Source of the DNA: Eledone cirrhosa
Taxonomy: Eukaryota
Length of the DNA: 64,000 nucleotides
Direction of reading: 5' to 3'
NCBI GenBank assembly: GCA_964016885.1
Contig: OZ024741.1
Location: forward strand, 123,070,001-123,134,000
Each line of letters begins with the position of its first letter. The first letter of the stretch is position 1. Shown here piece by piece: positions 51,340-64,000 of this stretch. The translations under genes and the position numbers were made by a program. Below the pieces are notes generated by a model. It worked only from the letters and a program-made list of their open reading frames with translations. It made no database searches and was not told where the DNA came from.

Positions 51340-53624
51340 GTGTGTGTGTGTGTGTGGTGAACAGGGAAGTTTGGAACAACCACGGTATCACCATAAAGCA
51401 AATGTGTACCTCAACTTACAATGCACCATTATATCAATTCTCGCTTATCATCGATATACGAAAAAGAAAAAAATTAGTAAGTTTTCTTCTTCGTTTGTGC
51501 AAGAATTGACAGCGGCATTCGGCTGGAAGTCTCGGAATATAAAGATTCCATTTCCGTATAATAGTCGTATCATTGTTTCGTTGAACAATAAAAGAACATT
51601 TGAAGTAGGAAAAATAAATATTTTATGTTGGTCTAGGGAAAACATTTATATGCATTAAACGTAATTTGCTGACAACGTCGTGATCAGACACAGACTTTTC
51701 AAAGAGATATAGAATGGTTCAAAGAACAGTAATATAAAACCTAAGTTGTAAGAGTCAAAACATACGTAGCTGTTTCTTATTCACCAATATATTATTAATA
51801 TTTTATGAAAGAGAAAATGTCCTCAATGAATTAAAATATTTTCAGTGTATAAACTTCGGCCTAAAGAATTAGACTCTATGTTCACTTAACAATAGTGCTT
51901 GTTGTTGGGACTTACCCCAATGTAAATTCGAGTGTTGAAATTCAGGTTGGCATGGCTCTATGGATTAGTACCAATTAACATGGGATTTGACAATACTCCT
52001 GAGAACGTGAACATGTGGACTGTTTATCGGGCATGTTTGGTACAATAATTTGCATTCCGTTTGGAATATGGTTCCACGTTGAACGTAAAACCATTTCATT
52101 AAGATCAAGGAAAGGAAAACGTAAAGTTAATTAATGTGACATCGGACCTAGGGAACCATGTTTCCATTTGTCTTTTCACTGCCGATGATATTGTTGGAGG
52201 CATCGTTTGAACAATGAATACAGAGATCCGGAACAGCTGTCACAAAGAATTTAACTGTCGCTCTGACCACACTGCTAATCCACCACAATGCCAATAATAA
52301 TGGTTTCTTATATAGACACAAGGCCAGCAATGTAATGCAAATGGGGAAATTCGATTAAATTGACCCAGGTAGTTGACTTGTATTTCACTTTATAGGCCAG
52401 GCAAAGATAACTGCGGCGGTTTTTCAACTCGGAACGCAAAGAGCCAGATCAAATAGAGTAAATAATTTCACCAGGCGCTCTACTGACAATGCTAAATCTT
52501 CACAGACTTACTGTAACATTTCTCGATTAATATCCCAATTAGAGATGTAGACTGTTTATGACCTATTTGAAGATTGCATTCAATTCGTTGTCCTTACATT
52601 GAATCTCTTTAATGTTACACGATGTTCATTTGATTGTAGAAGCTTACTTCGCTAAATTAAGCCAACCTTTCTGGTTGTCTTCATAAATTATTCCTTCTAT
52701 ATGTAAATGAATATCTACCAAAGCTAAAGGAATCTAATAAAGTTACATTGTATACATGAATATGTATACATAAAAATAAATTAAGAATTAAATACAAGGG
52801 ATCATCAATACATTTAATGCTGTTGTGTTTAGAAGATTTAACAAGTTAGCCACTTACAAGGAAGATACGTAAATATGCATAGGGTAATTAGGTACATTTT
52901 ATATATATGAATGTTTGAATAGGCTGAAGTAATTCCTGATGTTCATTTATACACACATATATACATACACGCACACACACACACCTATATATATATATAT
53001 ACATACACACATATACATGTATGTGTGTACATATATATAACATATATATATATATATATTTGTACACCCCCACACATACATTCTCACACAGACACGCACA
53101 CTCACACACACACACATATATATATATGAATAAACAAATATAAAACAATACAAATAAAAAGGTATAACGCAATATTTAATTGGATGCAGGGAAACTGGAT
53201 GTATATGTCTGTAGCATTGGGAAAGTTGCCAAAATCTTGGTAGACATTATGGTTAAAGTGGTATCATTCCATCCATTCTAAATATGTAGTATTTGGAGAA
53301 ATCCGCACAAGAGATCACCACAAGAACGGCACGATGTATTTGTTTTTTTGGTTTATAACGCCAACGATGGTTTGTCAATAAACAAACGTATAGCCAAAAT
53401 GCAGTAATGTCGAGACGCTATGCAGCTGATTATTATCATCATTAGCTATTCAGCTATTTAAGTATTAATCGGTAGCAAATATATCGGTCAGTGTGGAGTG
53501 GTGGGAGGCATGACTGATACGTGGATGTAGCAGGGGTGAATGGTCGAGAAGATCGTTTTGGAATCATTATGTCCCGCATTCGATTCGCCTGTGTGTCAAC
53601 TTCGAATCGTTTCATTTACTAAAG

Positions 53625-53790
53625 CCGTGGTTCCCAAAGTGGGTTCCGCAAAAGAGTGTCTGGAGTTCCGTGAAAAAGGTAGAGTATTATATTTATATTA
53701 CGACCACATAACAGTGTTAGACTTTGGGGTTCCCTCAAAAGTTTCTGAACCAAAAAGGATTCCGCGTTTGTAAAAGTTTGGGAAACCCTG
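53625..53790. mobile_element. hAT/Charlie-like MITE nested in a SINE-like repeat
   Basis: Imperfect TIRs ccgtggttcccaaa / tttgggaaaccctg; decayed 8-bp flanks tactaaag / ttatatag. Confidence 0.6.
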
Positions 53791-54474
53791 TTATATAGCC
53801 TCGGGTCGAGTCATGTCATGCGAGTGTATCTGGATAAAGGGAAAGTGACTTGAAACCCGTCGTATGGATTGTATCCCTAATTCAAAAGGCAAGCTTCTTT
53901 GCACACTGCATCCCGCCGAATTATATTATATTATAGGTACACGTGCCTGTGGAATGCTCACAAACCTATACGGTAATATCATGAGCAAGCTGTTCTGTTG
54001 ATGAAACAACAGGAACACAGGCCATCGAAATGGACATCAGTACAATCCTTACAAAACTAATTATCATGTTACTGTTTGTTAATGAATATTTATGTGTATG
54101 TAGGTGTGTATGCGTATGTGTATGTGAGTGGAGTCGTGTACATTATATTGGAAGTACACGGCTTAATAGTTAGGGTGTTTGGCTAAGGATCGTAGTATGT
54201 TCGTGAGTTCGGGTCTCGGCAGAGCTATGAGTTCTCGTGTAAAGTATTTTGTTGCACTTTATCATGATGCTTATAATCCATTCACCCGACATAAAAAATA
54301 TGTATCTGTAACTCAAAGAGACATATTAGTCATACACTGTGTCAAGCCGAATCTCCCTGAGAACTTAGTAAAAGGTACAAATCTTTGGGGTGTGCTCAGG
54401 AATTTACACATTAATCTTCCGAACCGATGATAAAACATCTGTAACACTCAGCAGCCTCGAAATTACCCCCCCCT

Positions 54475-54506
<32 letters not shown>

Positions 54507-54510
54507 CATA

Positions 54511-55030
54511 TTCTTCTTCTTCTTCTTCTTCTTCTTCTTCTTCTTCTTCTTCTTCTTCTTCTTCTTCTTCTTCTTCTTCTTCATCTCGCATTACTCCTGG
54601 GAGGGTCAAAGAGGGAAATTCCTCAAACGTGCCTTCCAGCGGGTCTTTTTAGAAGTGATCGTTTCCAATCAATCCGCTTGGATATCCAACCGAGACCAGC
54701 CGGGCCACTTGGATATGATCCAAATATCTAGCTAAGGATCTATCGCTGGGTTTTTGCTAGTTGGTTTTGCCGATGAAATCTGCACAGCGATTCTTTTCTC
54801 AGATATTCTAACCACATGTCATTCGTATCAAATCTGTGATCTCTCAATTTGAAGAAGTTGCGTCTCTACGAGGAGCAACTCTCTAATAAAACTGAACCAC
54901 GCACACGATTGAATAACGTCACTTCAAACTCCTTGGGAAAATTCTCATTTCGGCCACTTATAATCGCAATCGTATTCTTTCGGTCATTACTGTATCTGTT
55001 TGAAACTTTGCAGAGCTGTGTACTCTTATT
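54511..55030 (-). mobile_element. Decayed 3' fragment of an RTE-type LINE with (GAA)n tail
   Basis: (TTC)n at 54511-54582; the minus-strand translation loosely resembles the RTE ORF C-terminus. Confidence 0.55.
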
Positions 55031-55559
55031 AATATCCTAAATAATGTGCATCATCTCAACATATTAACCTTTAGGTGAAATGCTGTCTGACATAAAAACC
55101 GAGTGAAAATATTGTAGCAGTTCTCTTACGACCCTTGAATAGATTAGCAAACACACATAATATATTACGTGATTGAAATGGAATCTATTTACTTCAATAA
55201 GAAATATTTCGCAGTATTGCTTCATGTATAGAAAGCTATACAATATCTATTTTTCATCTGCTTATATCAAACGAAATTGATGTTTTTCGATCCATGTTAA
55301 TTTTATGAATGGATTTTATGCCTTGTATACAATATCACGAATGAATACTACGTGGCCTCAGGGTGACAAACTCTCACGAGATTAAAGAAACTACTAGTAT
55401 AAATGAGTATATTCTATTTCATATTTCTTTAGACTGATATATATTACTATATATAATTTAATTTATTTCAAAATTATGTGAAAAAATAAGATAGGAACAA
55501 ACAGATAGGAAATTCCCCCATATATTGAAAACGTAAAGGGTAGAAAAGTTGACAATATT

Positions 55560-55770
55560 TTGGTAATATCAGTAGAGCATCGGACATGCTTTCCGGCATA
55601 GCGTTACGTAACTTTACGTTCTGAGTTAAGTCGTACCAAGTTTAGCTTTGCCTTTCATCCTGATAGGGTTAATACAATAAAGCACACGTAATGAACTGGT
55701 GGCGGTTTAATCGATGTTTCCGTCCCTTGAAAACTGTCCACCTTGTGTCTAAACCATAAACCACTATTTC
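55560..55770 (+). mobile_element. Diverged SINE family A copy
   Basis: tcggacatgctttccggcatag..ctgagtt..tttgcctttcatcct..ccttgtgtctaaa. Confidence 0.7.
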
Positions 55771-56326
55771 TATTAGTGTACAATATAAATATAAACTATT
55801 TGTCATATCACTCTTTACACGTTATCCCTCTCGGAATCAGTAGAGTTAACAATATTACAGAATAGAGTATATGGCTAGCAGCTGATATCAGTTGAGACAC
55901 AGAATATTCTATTGGTGATAATATGTATATATATATATATAAACAATCGAAATGAAAATGTGAATAATACATAAAGTGTGAGTAGAGAATATTTATATTA
56001 ATAGTTTGACTTATCTTTGCTTGTTTTAATGATTATGATGGGTATTTGTTTATACACATATATATTATATACGTATATATTATATATATTATATACATAT
56101 ATATTTTATATATTATATACATATATATTATATGTATTATATACATATACATGTATATTATAGTCAAAATGAAGGTATCTAGGAGACAGTTCGGAGTTTA
56201 ATCTAAGCGGTAAATTTCCATTACAGTAGGGTTACAATATCACAGAGCAAATGTACATATAGGATACAGATTAACAAGGATTAAACATAAATCATTCAAT
56301 TGATTTGGGACCATTTGTATTTAATC

Positions 56327-56392
56327 GATTCTGATGAGATTATTTTCACAGGAATGGAATATTCGGTTAGTCTAACGAAACGCTCGTAAATC
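56327..56392 (+). ncRNA. Hammerhead-like motif inside the inverted repeat 56264-56429
   Basis: gatt-CTGATGA-gatta..tagtctaac-GAAAC-gctc-GTA-aatc. Confidence 0.55.
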
Positions 56393-56465
56393 AACAAATG
56401 ATTTAATTTAAATCCTTGTTAATCTGTATTCTCTCTCCCTCTCTCATTCTACCCCCCCCCCCCCC

Positions 56466-56495
<30 letters not shown>

Positions 56496-56496
<1 letters not shown>

Positions 56497-56675
56497 ATTG
56501 TTTCTACTTTAGGCACAAGGCCAGCAATTACCCAGTGCATTACTGGTACTTTTATTTTATCGACCCCGTAAGGATGAAAGGCAAAGTCAACCTCGGCGGG
56601 ATTTGAACTCAGATCGTAAAGGGACGTAACTATGCCGGAAAGCATGTCCGACCCTCTACCGTACTGCCAATCCAC
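56496..56675 (-). mobile_element. SINE family A
   Basis: A box TGGCAGTACGG; B box GAGTTCAAATCC; gccgaggttgactttgcctttcatcc..gtcgataaaataaaagtaccag. Confidence 0.88.
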
Positions 56676-56695
56676 AATGAAGGCTGAATAGTGTG

Positions 56696-56732
56696 TCTTG
56701 TTACTCTGGAGTTTCAGGGTCATCAGACAAGA
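56696..56732 (-). ncRNA. Hammerhead core with stem II reduced to 4 nt
   Basis: Minus strand tcttgt-CTGATGA-ccct-GAAACTC-ca-GAGTA-acaaga; stems I and III are perfect. Confidence 0.55.
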
Positions 56733-56811
56733 ACGTGGACCCGACTTCAGTGTCGACCTGCTCGTCATAATGGAGATTCAACACAACATCACTTCATGTG
56801 TTGTTGAATCC

Positions 56812-56901
56812 CCAATCTGACGAGAAGATGGATGCTGTAGTCGAGTCCATAATTTATAAGGGTGATCTGGAGCCAATCCTCTGCGAAACTAACGTAATAG
56901 G
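56812..56901 (+). ncRNA. Hammerhead-like motif with a long stem II region
   Basis: ccaat-CTGACGA-gaagatgg..ccaatcctctgc-GAAAC-taac-GTA-atagg; 5' part is mirrored at 56737-56789. Confidence 0.45.
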
Positions 56902-57194
56902 TCGATGCAAAAGAAAAACATACGTAAACGATGCCAGAATGTGTGCATCTTACATCTGTATATATAAGTTGACAATTCCAATTACATGAGTCAAGCCGAC
57001 TTTAAAATGTAAAATTGGGTATTTGTTGAGTATTTTAATTTTTTGTGTATGTGGCTCAACACCAAAACATGAAGAATCCCGCCCTACTCTCAAATATCTA
57101 GTCCGGGCCCGGCTTATATATTTTGTTAGTTTCATTATGAAGCATAATCTTTCTTCGGCAGTGAGGCTTCCCATATTCTTTTGCATATAAACGT

Positions 57195-57310
57195 ATTGGC
57201 GGTAACACTGAGACAGCGTTTAAGCATAATCCATGTATATCTGAAAACATATATATCTTTTCAGATATACATGTATTATGCTTAAACGCTGTCTCAGTGT
57301 TACCGCCAAT
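57195..57310. repeat. Near-perfect palindrome, 53-bp arms
   Basis: attggcggtaacactgagacagcg..ctgaaaa / ttttcag..cgctgtctcagtgttaccgccaat. Confidence 0.9.
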
Positions 57311-57663
57311 TAAATATATCCAGTCAAGCTTGCATTTTCAGCGGATGCTTTCTATTTGCTATGAGCAAATGAGCATCTCTAGAAAGCAGTCATCATGCAA
57401 AATTCTATACATTCTATTTCATGCCAGTTCTGAATGAGTCGCACTAATGAAAGATTAACACATTTTGAAGCAGTACTGTCTGGTATTTTCAAAACATACT
57501 GACTACTCTATAATATATTGATAGCGGAAAATAGAGACTTTCCTTTTCGTCTCGTTGCGAGAAAATAACTTCCTATATCTTTATTGTTATATACAGGCTT
57601 TATATATATTTGTATATCTTTTCATATACACCTCTCTTCAGTTTAAAAGCCATTCTTCCCAAT

Positions 57664-57721
<58 letters not shown>

Positions 57722-58353
57722 GAGAGCGAGAGGGGGGGGGGGAATATTTTAAAAAATGACAAAGAGAGATAGATACATAAATATTCACTGCTTATAAAAG
57801 AACAGACATTGAAATGACGATTATTGACATATTGAGTATTTTGGTGACTACATTTCTGGTATTCAAACACTATATTGAGAAATACAGGGGTTATTCTGAG
57901 AATAATTTCAACAATAGAATTCCGATATTTGGTTTAGAGTCATTGCAAAGTATTAACCTATGTATTGAAAGTTGGCAAATATTGGATATTATTGCAATCT
58001 CTATAACACTTTTCAAGCCAAAGTGAAAGATTTGTGTTAGGGTGTTCAAGACACGAGTTCAAATTGGCAGTAGCACGTTGTGTCATTCCAAAAAACTCTG
58101 TATTCCCGCTGTTCCAGTCGGCTGAGTTGGCGAAAATGAGTAGTAATTTTCTCGCAATGTGTTTCGCTGATCTAAATTAAGTAATATGTTTATGGAATGT
58201 TCCTCCAACTGCATGTTTAGATCACAAGCAGTTTCTTTCGTGGTTCGAACGATTTGGATCTCCCATTATCGAAACTAATGGAGGTCCAACACACACACAC
58301 AACCCCCCACCTAATATATATATACTCAATAAACACACATAGAACTCACATAT

Positions 58354-58435
<82 letters not shown>

Positions 58436-58640
58436 CCTAGCCAAAGTATTTAAGTACATTATATAAAGGAGGGAGTATAGATACAGTTATGTATCTCATC
58501 TACTCTTCATGTCTGTCTGTGTTGGTGTTTGTGAAGAAATAAGTAGATGCGTAATCTACAAATCTTTAATATTTTGTTGTCTGGATTAATATAATTCGAT
58601 GAGCGTACGTTCATAATGCAAGCATCCACTTACTAATATG

Positions 58641-58689
<49 letters not shown>

Positions 58690-58807
58690 ATTTATGTATA
58701 TATGCATATATATATATGTGTGTTTCTGTTTGTCTATTTGTCTATATAAGTATATATATGCACACACACACACACATGCACACACACATGCACACACACA
58801 CACACAT

Positions 58808-58856
<49 letters not shown>

Positions 58857-59446
58857 ACACACCCACACACACATATATATATATACGTATTTGTACAAAC
58901 ATATATGCATACACACACATAAACCATTACACGCACACGCAGAAACATCTGTTTTATATATAAATACGCATATATGATTGCAGCATATTTATCTTATCTT
59001 TCACAAAGGACGTCCCTCAAGAATGCTGACGTACAACGTATGTCATAGCATATAAGCATCGGATTGTAAATGCAGAGACAATAGAATATAAATTTCCTCT
59101 GAAACAATCCTAATGGATTCGGCGTCTTGCCGCTTGAAAAAATTCACTATTTATCTTTTAGAGAAAGGTTGAGTTTTTACTGTTGTATTTGTGTAATACT
59201 GAGCTCAGAGGAAAATAAAATAAAATAAAATATAAAATTGAATTTGGTGTCATTTGATGTGAAGATACTTTGATAGGTTGAATCATGGTCTCTTAAACAT
59301 ATTTCGATCCATACGTATATACATAGCTACTTACAAATGCACATGCTTACATACATATATTCATACACAATTACATACATACAGGTATATACAACATGAA
59401 CAAGCATGAATTACATACAACTACGCATCGTATACACTTATATATA

Positions 59447-59494
<48 letters not shown>

Positions 59495-59496
<2 letters not shown>

Positions 59497-59675
59497 AAAA
59501 GGTAAGACCCCGACGGCAGGGCTCAAGCTGTTTCGACGGCTATTTCTGGAGTCCAGAAACGGCTTGAGCTCTGCCATCGTGGGTCTTACCTTTTCCTATT
59601 ACCCACTCTACTACACTACGCATTGAGTACTCTAGTGCGTTATGGTCCATTTGGTTCCTTACCACAATTCCTTCG

Positions 59676-59677
<2 letters not shown>
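59495..59677 (+). mobile_element. GAAACGGC-family fold-back element in (TA)n
   Basis: Palindrome centred on tttctgga-g-tccagaaa; tail homologous to 16853-16933. Confidence 0.75.
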
Positions 59678-59728
<51 letters not shown>

Positions 59729-61443
59729 AACACACACATATGCCTATAAATATATATGTATATATATATGTCTGTGCATATGTAGTATATGTGTTTCCTT
59801 GTGAAGGCAGAACGCAATGAGAACGAATCGGCAAATCCATCATATGAAACAGAATTTCCTAACCATTCAGTATTTGTAGACTTTGAGACATCTAGAATTT
59901 CTCATAATTTCCATTCTAATTCTTAATGTTTGAATCGGGGAAAATGGCATTTATTATAATCTCGAGCAATATACCTCCATCGGACTGAACGATGAATGTT
60001 GAAACTGTTGGGTCATCAGATCAAATTGTTCGTTAACGTATGGCTGAACACTCCGTTTTCACGAGTATCCTTAAAATAATTTTTAAGTAACACAGTGTGT
60101 GACAATTTTGGGCCCTTTGGTACACTGTATCCACCAGACTTCTAAATATTTTCTGTCAAATTCTTCCTCAAAACACATGTCCACCCGAGGCTGAAGTAAC
60201 TGGTCATTGCCCGATGTGCCATGCAATATGATCGAACCTGGTACTTCATTATCACGACGGGAACTCCTTAACCAGCCGACCATGCTTAGTCTAAATAAAA
60301 CAAATCTACACAGTCTTTCTTACATAAATATTTATTTGTCCATTTCCTGAAAATTAAATTTAGTTCTATTCATTTACTATGCATTTCTTAGCGTATGTAT
60401 TTGGTTATCATGAAATCATGATAGAATATTTCTTACATCTGTTTAGTAAAATATCATGAAAGGCCGAAGAACATTATGTTCAACTCTCATAAAGTGAAAT
60501 GTGTTTAGATCAAATTAGCAAACTGTCTACGTTGGTGAAGTATTCGGTTCTAAAACTAATTAGCATATTCAGGCGTTTTCCATTGATGATAGTGCAACGT
60601 GAAAGTCAGATGTTATACTTAACCATTAAAAGAGGTTTTCCAGTTCACGGATGCTAGAAAAAGATTCACGCAACAGAAAGAGCTATTTGTTTCATATTTG
60701 TTATGTTTTCATCGTTTTTCTTTCTTTTTGGTTATTTATTGTACCATCTCTCTTTCTTACTTTTTCTGTCTCTTTCTCTTTCTGACCCTCTATCTCTTGT
60801 GAGCATTTTTTTTCTTTTTACACAAGACTAGTCTGTCATGGCATATCGGATTTGCATGTATGTTTCAATAAAACATATAAGTAAAGAAATGAATTTTAAT
60901 GATGAAGTAATAGCGATCGTAGTGCTAAAGTTATGACGGTAAACTCGCTGTCCTCTAGCCTCGATCTATGTTCATCATATACGACTTTAATTCAATGTTC
61001 TGTCTGGTGTAGTATAATTGGACAACTAGTATTACTTACTTCTATGGGCGGATAAAGACCGAATGGTTAAGTTGCTAACATCTTAAGCTTTAGGTCCCAG
61101 GGTTCGATCCCATTTTGTGGCATGTGGAGCAAGAAGTTGCTCCTTGGGTCGGTCAAGGCCTTGTGAGTAAAATCAGGGTAGACGGAAACTGTTTAGAAAC
61201 AGTGCGCGTATGTCGGAAACCCTTGTCTCGCGGACAGCAATCACATCCATGTTTAATGAGCTGAGATGCTTCAAGATGACCCCAGGCCACGAACATTTAT
61301 GCAACTTACTCTTATAATTACCATGTTGGCTGGTTAATCAAAAGATAAAACACTGAGTTTATTTACCCTCCAGGCTCTGTTGGAGATCGTAGATGGGGGG
61401 GGAGTCAAATGCTATGTCTGGTGGGTGTTCCAATGGGAGTATC

Positions 61444-61683
61444 TGTTGTATTCCTCTCGGTACTCGCAGAGAAAACACAACGAGTTATATCAAATAATTT
61501 GTGTAATTTGCGAAACAACCAAAATGCCCCTCCACGCAGTAGCAGAATAACATAAAGTAAGTAAGTAATCTGTGACCGAGTTTTTAACACCAACGCCGAC
61601 CGACTGCTCAGGTCACGTGAGCCATATGCAAATGTGTGAGCACGTGCAAACCGAACAACACGAATTTAACAGTCCATACAACA
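61444..61683 (-). repeat. 3' LTR (240 bp) of a Ty3/gypsy element
   Basis: Inverted termini TGTTGTAT..ATACAACA; polypurine tract GGTGGGGAGG upstream on the minus strand (61720-61729). Confidence 0.8.
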
Positions 61684-61753
61684 ATGAGGTTGTGAGTTCG
61701 ATTCCCAGTCCATACAATACCTCCCCACCGAAATTGATGCGACAAAAGAAGCA

Positions 61754-64000
61754 TCAACAGCAAAGTCTCTCTGAGGGTTTACGAGTTCTCTTGGACCGTC
61801 TTCGATTGTCTGGTCCATACTCTGGAACGGGCAATAAGGTCTTGGGTCTGGTCTGTCTTGCAGTTAGTGGCACGATTTCCGAGATCTCCATCGGGTGATC
61901 TGTTGCAAATTCAAAAACAGTGTCTACTGCATCACCAGGTTCATTGTCTTCCTCAGTAGTGTACCGCGGTTGCAGCTGTTCCCAGTGTCGTCTCCACACC
62001 GGGCCATGAAGTATGACCTTAACGTTGAAGCAGCGAGTACCCAATGACTTCTTAATGATTGCTGATACCCATCGGGGATCTTTGTCTCGGCGAAGTCCGT
62101 AGTACAGTGCATACACAGGATCTCCAGCCTTGTACTGCCTGGTAACCTTAGCGACACCTGCCGAGTCCGGAGTCATCTGAGACTTATATGCTTCCTTAGA
62201 CTACTTGCCTTGAGCGATGTGTGCTGGCGAGGGCAGCAGAGAATCAATCCTTGTCTGTATCTGCCGGTGATTCAAAAGTTCACTCGGAGAGAATCCACTG
62301 GATGTCGGTGTTCTCCGGTACTGCATCAAGAACTCTTGAAGTGCTCGCTTCGGCGGAAGAGAAGTCTTCCTCAGAGCTTGTTTGAAGGTCTGCACCAAAC
62401 GTTCCGCTGCTCCGTTAGTAGCTGGGTGGTAAGGTGCCCCTGTCAGGTGCGTGATCCCACGTTCTTTGCACCAGCTCTGAAACTCCTCAGAAATAAATGT
62501 TGGTGCGTTATCGGTGACTAGCGTGTGAGGAAATCCGAAGTGCGCAAAGTCTTCTTCAAGCAGATCTAAAGTGGCTCTGGAGGACGTGAATGACGTAGGA
62601 TTAATGCATGGATACTTGGAATAAACATCCGTGATCACCAACCAATTACTGCCCATGATATTTATTGCGTGGTCCAGGTGTAAGCGGCTCCACGGCTTTT
62701 CAGGTAACAACCATGGGTGAACTGGAGACTTGGATGGCTGGTTTTGATGTTCACCACACGAATCACATTGTCGACTGGTTTTCTCTATAGCAGCATCGAT
62801 ACCAGGCCAATAAACAGCAGTTCTTGCCAATTGTTTCATGCGCTCCATGCCAAAGTGTCCGAGATGCAGAAGATTGAGGATCTTTGGCTGTAAGCTATGT
62901 GGAATCACAACTCTCGATCCATGGATAAGGCATCCGTGGCAGATACTGAGTGAATCCGATAACTTCCGGAACTTATTTACTTCGTCATTGATCTCGGTAT
63001 TCTTTGGTGGCCAGCATTCACGGACGTAGCGTATCACTGTAGATATCACTGGATCTTTCCCTGACTCTTGACAGAGGACGTTAGCATCGATAGGTTGGAC
63101 TTGAAGACTGAGAGCTTTGATGGCGCGCACCATGTCCATGTCTTCACCATTTTCCTTCCTGTCAAAGTCGATGTCATTACCAAATGGCAAGCGACTGAGG
63201 GCATCTGCATTGCCATGATCCGGTGTTTTCCGATAGTCGATGGTGTAGTCAAACTGGTTCAGCCACAGGGCCCACCGTGCTAGTCGGTTAGCAGCGAGAA
63301 GTGGCGTCCCTTTCCTCGGACTGAACAGTGATGTCAGTGGCTTGTGGTCAGTTACGAGTATAAACTGATGTCCGTACAGATACTGATAGAACTTCTGCAA
63401 GCCAAATATGATGGCCAGGGCTTCCTTTTGAATTTGGCCGTAGTTACGCTGTGCAGCAGTAAGAGTCTTGGACACATTGGATATTGGGCGCTCGCTTCCA
63501 TCAGGATAGCGATGAAACAGGACTGCCCCAATACCAACGTTTGATGCGTCGCAAGCCAGTCCCAAAGTTTTGTTTGGATCGAAGTGTATCAGAACTTGAT
63601 CCGATGAAAGCAAATTTTTCAACTGATCGAAAGCTGACTGTTCTTCATCTCCCCACTTCCAAGTAGTCGTTTTTTTCGTAAGGCAATAGAGTGGCTCTGC
63701 CATGCTGGCCAGGTTTGGGATAAACTTTCCATAGAACTGAACTGAACCCAGGAAAGACTTCAAGCTTGACACGTTCGTTGGAGGTGGCATCTTTAAAACA
63801 TTTCGACCTTGGATCCCTTCGCGATCCCTTCAGCCGACAAGGTGTGTCCAAGGTATTCCACACTGGGTAGTGCAAACTGGCACTTGTCACGGCGACATCC
63901 GAGTCCTTTGTTGCACAGACGTGTGAGCAGACACTTTAGGTTGTTCAGGTGATCGTTTGCATCTTTCCCACTGACGAGCATGTCGTCCTGGAAGACGGCC
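61754..64000 (-). pseudogene. pol: Pol (RT C-terminus, RNase H, integrase), frameshift near 63791 and stop at 62201
   Basis: VFQDDML; LACDASNVGIGAVL; TDHKPL; HLGHFG..CDSC; LVTDNAP..TNGAAER; C-terminal GDPVY..PRW..RRH. Confidence 0.9.

Larger units (their letters stand above)
61444..64000 (-). mobile_element. Ty3/gypsy LTR retrotransposon (Mag/K02A2.6-like), continues beyond the window
   Basis: Domain order RT-RNase H-integrase, followed by PPT and LTR. Confidence 0.92.

Overview
AT-rich, microsatellite-dense animal DNA with no convincing host gene. The SINE family and repeat landscape suggest a cephalopod such as Octopus (inference). Retroelements present: a 5'-truncated CRE-type RT+RLE element (2.4-4.5 kb); a Penelope-like RT+GIY-YIG element with 1.3-kb inverted pseudo-LTR arms (11.3-16.3 kb); four head-to-tail Tx1-clade LINEs, each bounded by (TCTA)n (27.7-40.9 kb); two decayed RTE LINEs; many tRNA-derived SINEs; a hAT MITE; and the 3' part of a Ty3/gypsy element. 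The ORF track misses the most striking layer: about 20 hammerhead ribozyme (HHR)-like motifs from several unrelated families, mostly in small fold-back or tandem inserts in (TA)n tracts. The best case is a near-identical 310-bp, highly structured, non-coding unit with a canonical minimal HHR, arranged as 2 minus-strand plus ~2.6 plus-strand copies (23.3-24.7 kb), a candidate retrozyme/circular RNA. All alignments and folds were done by eye.
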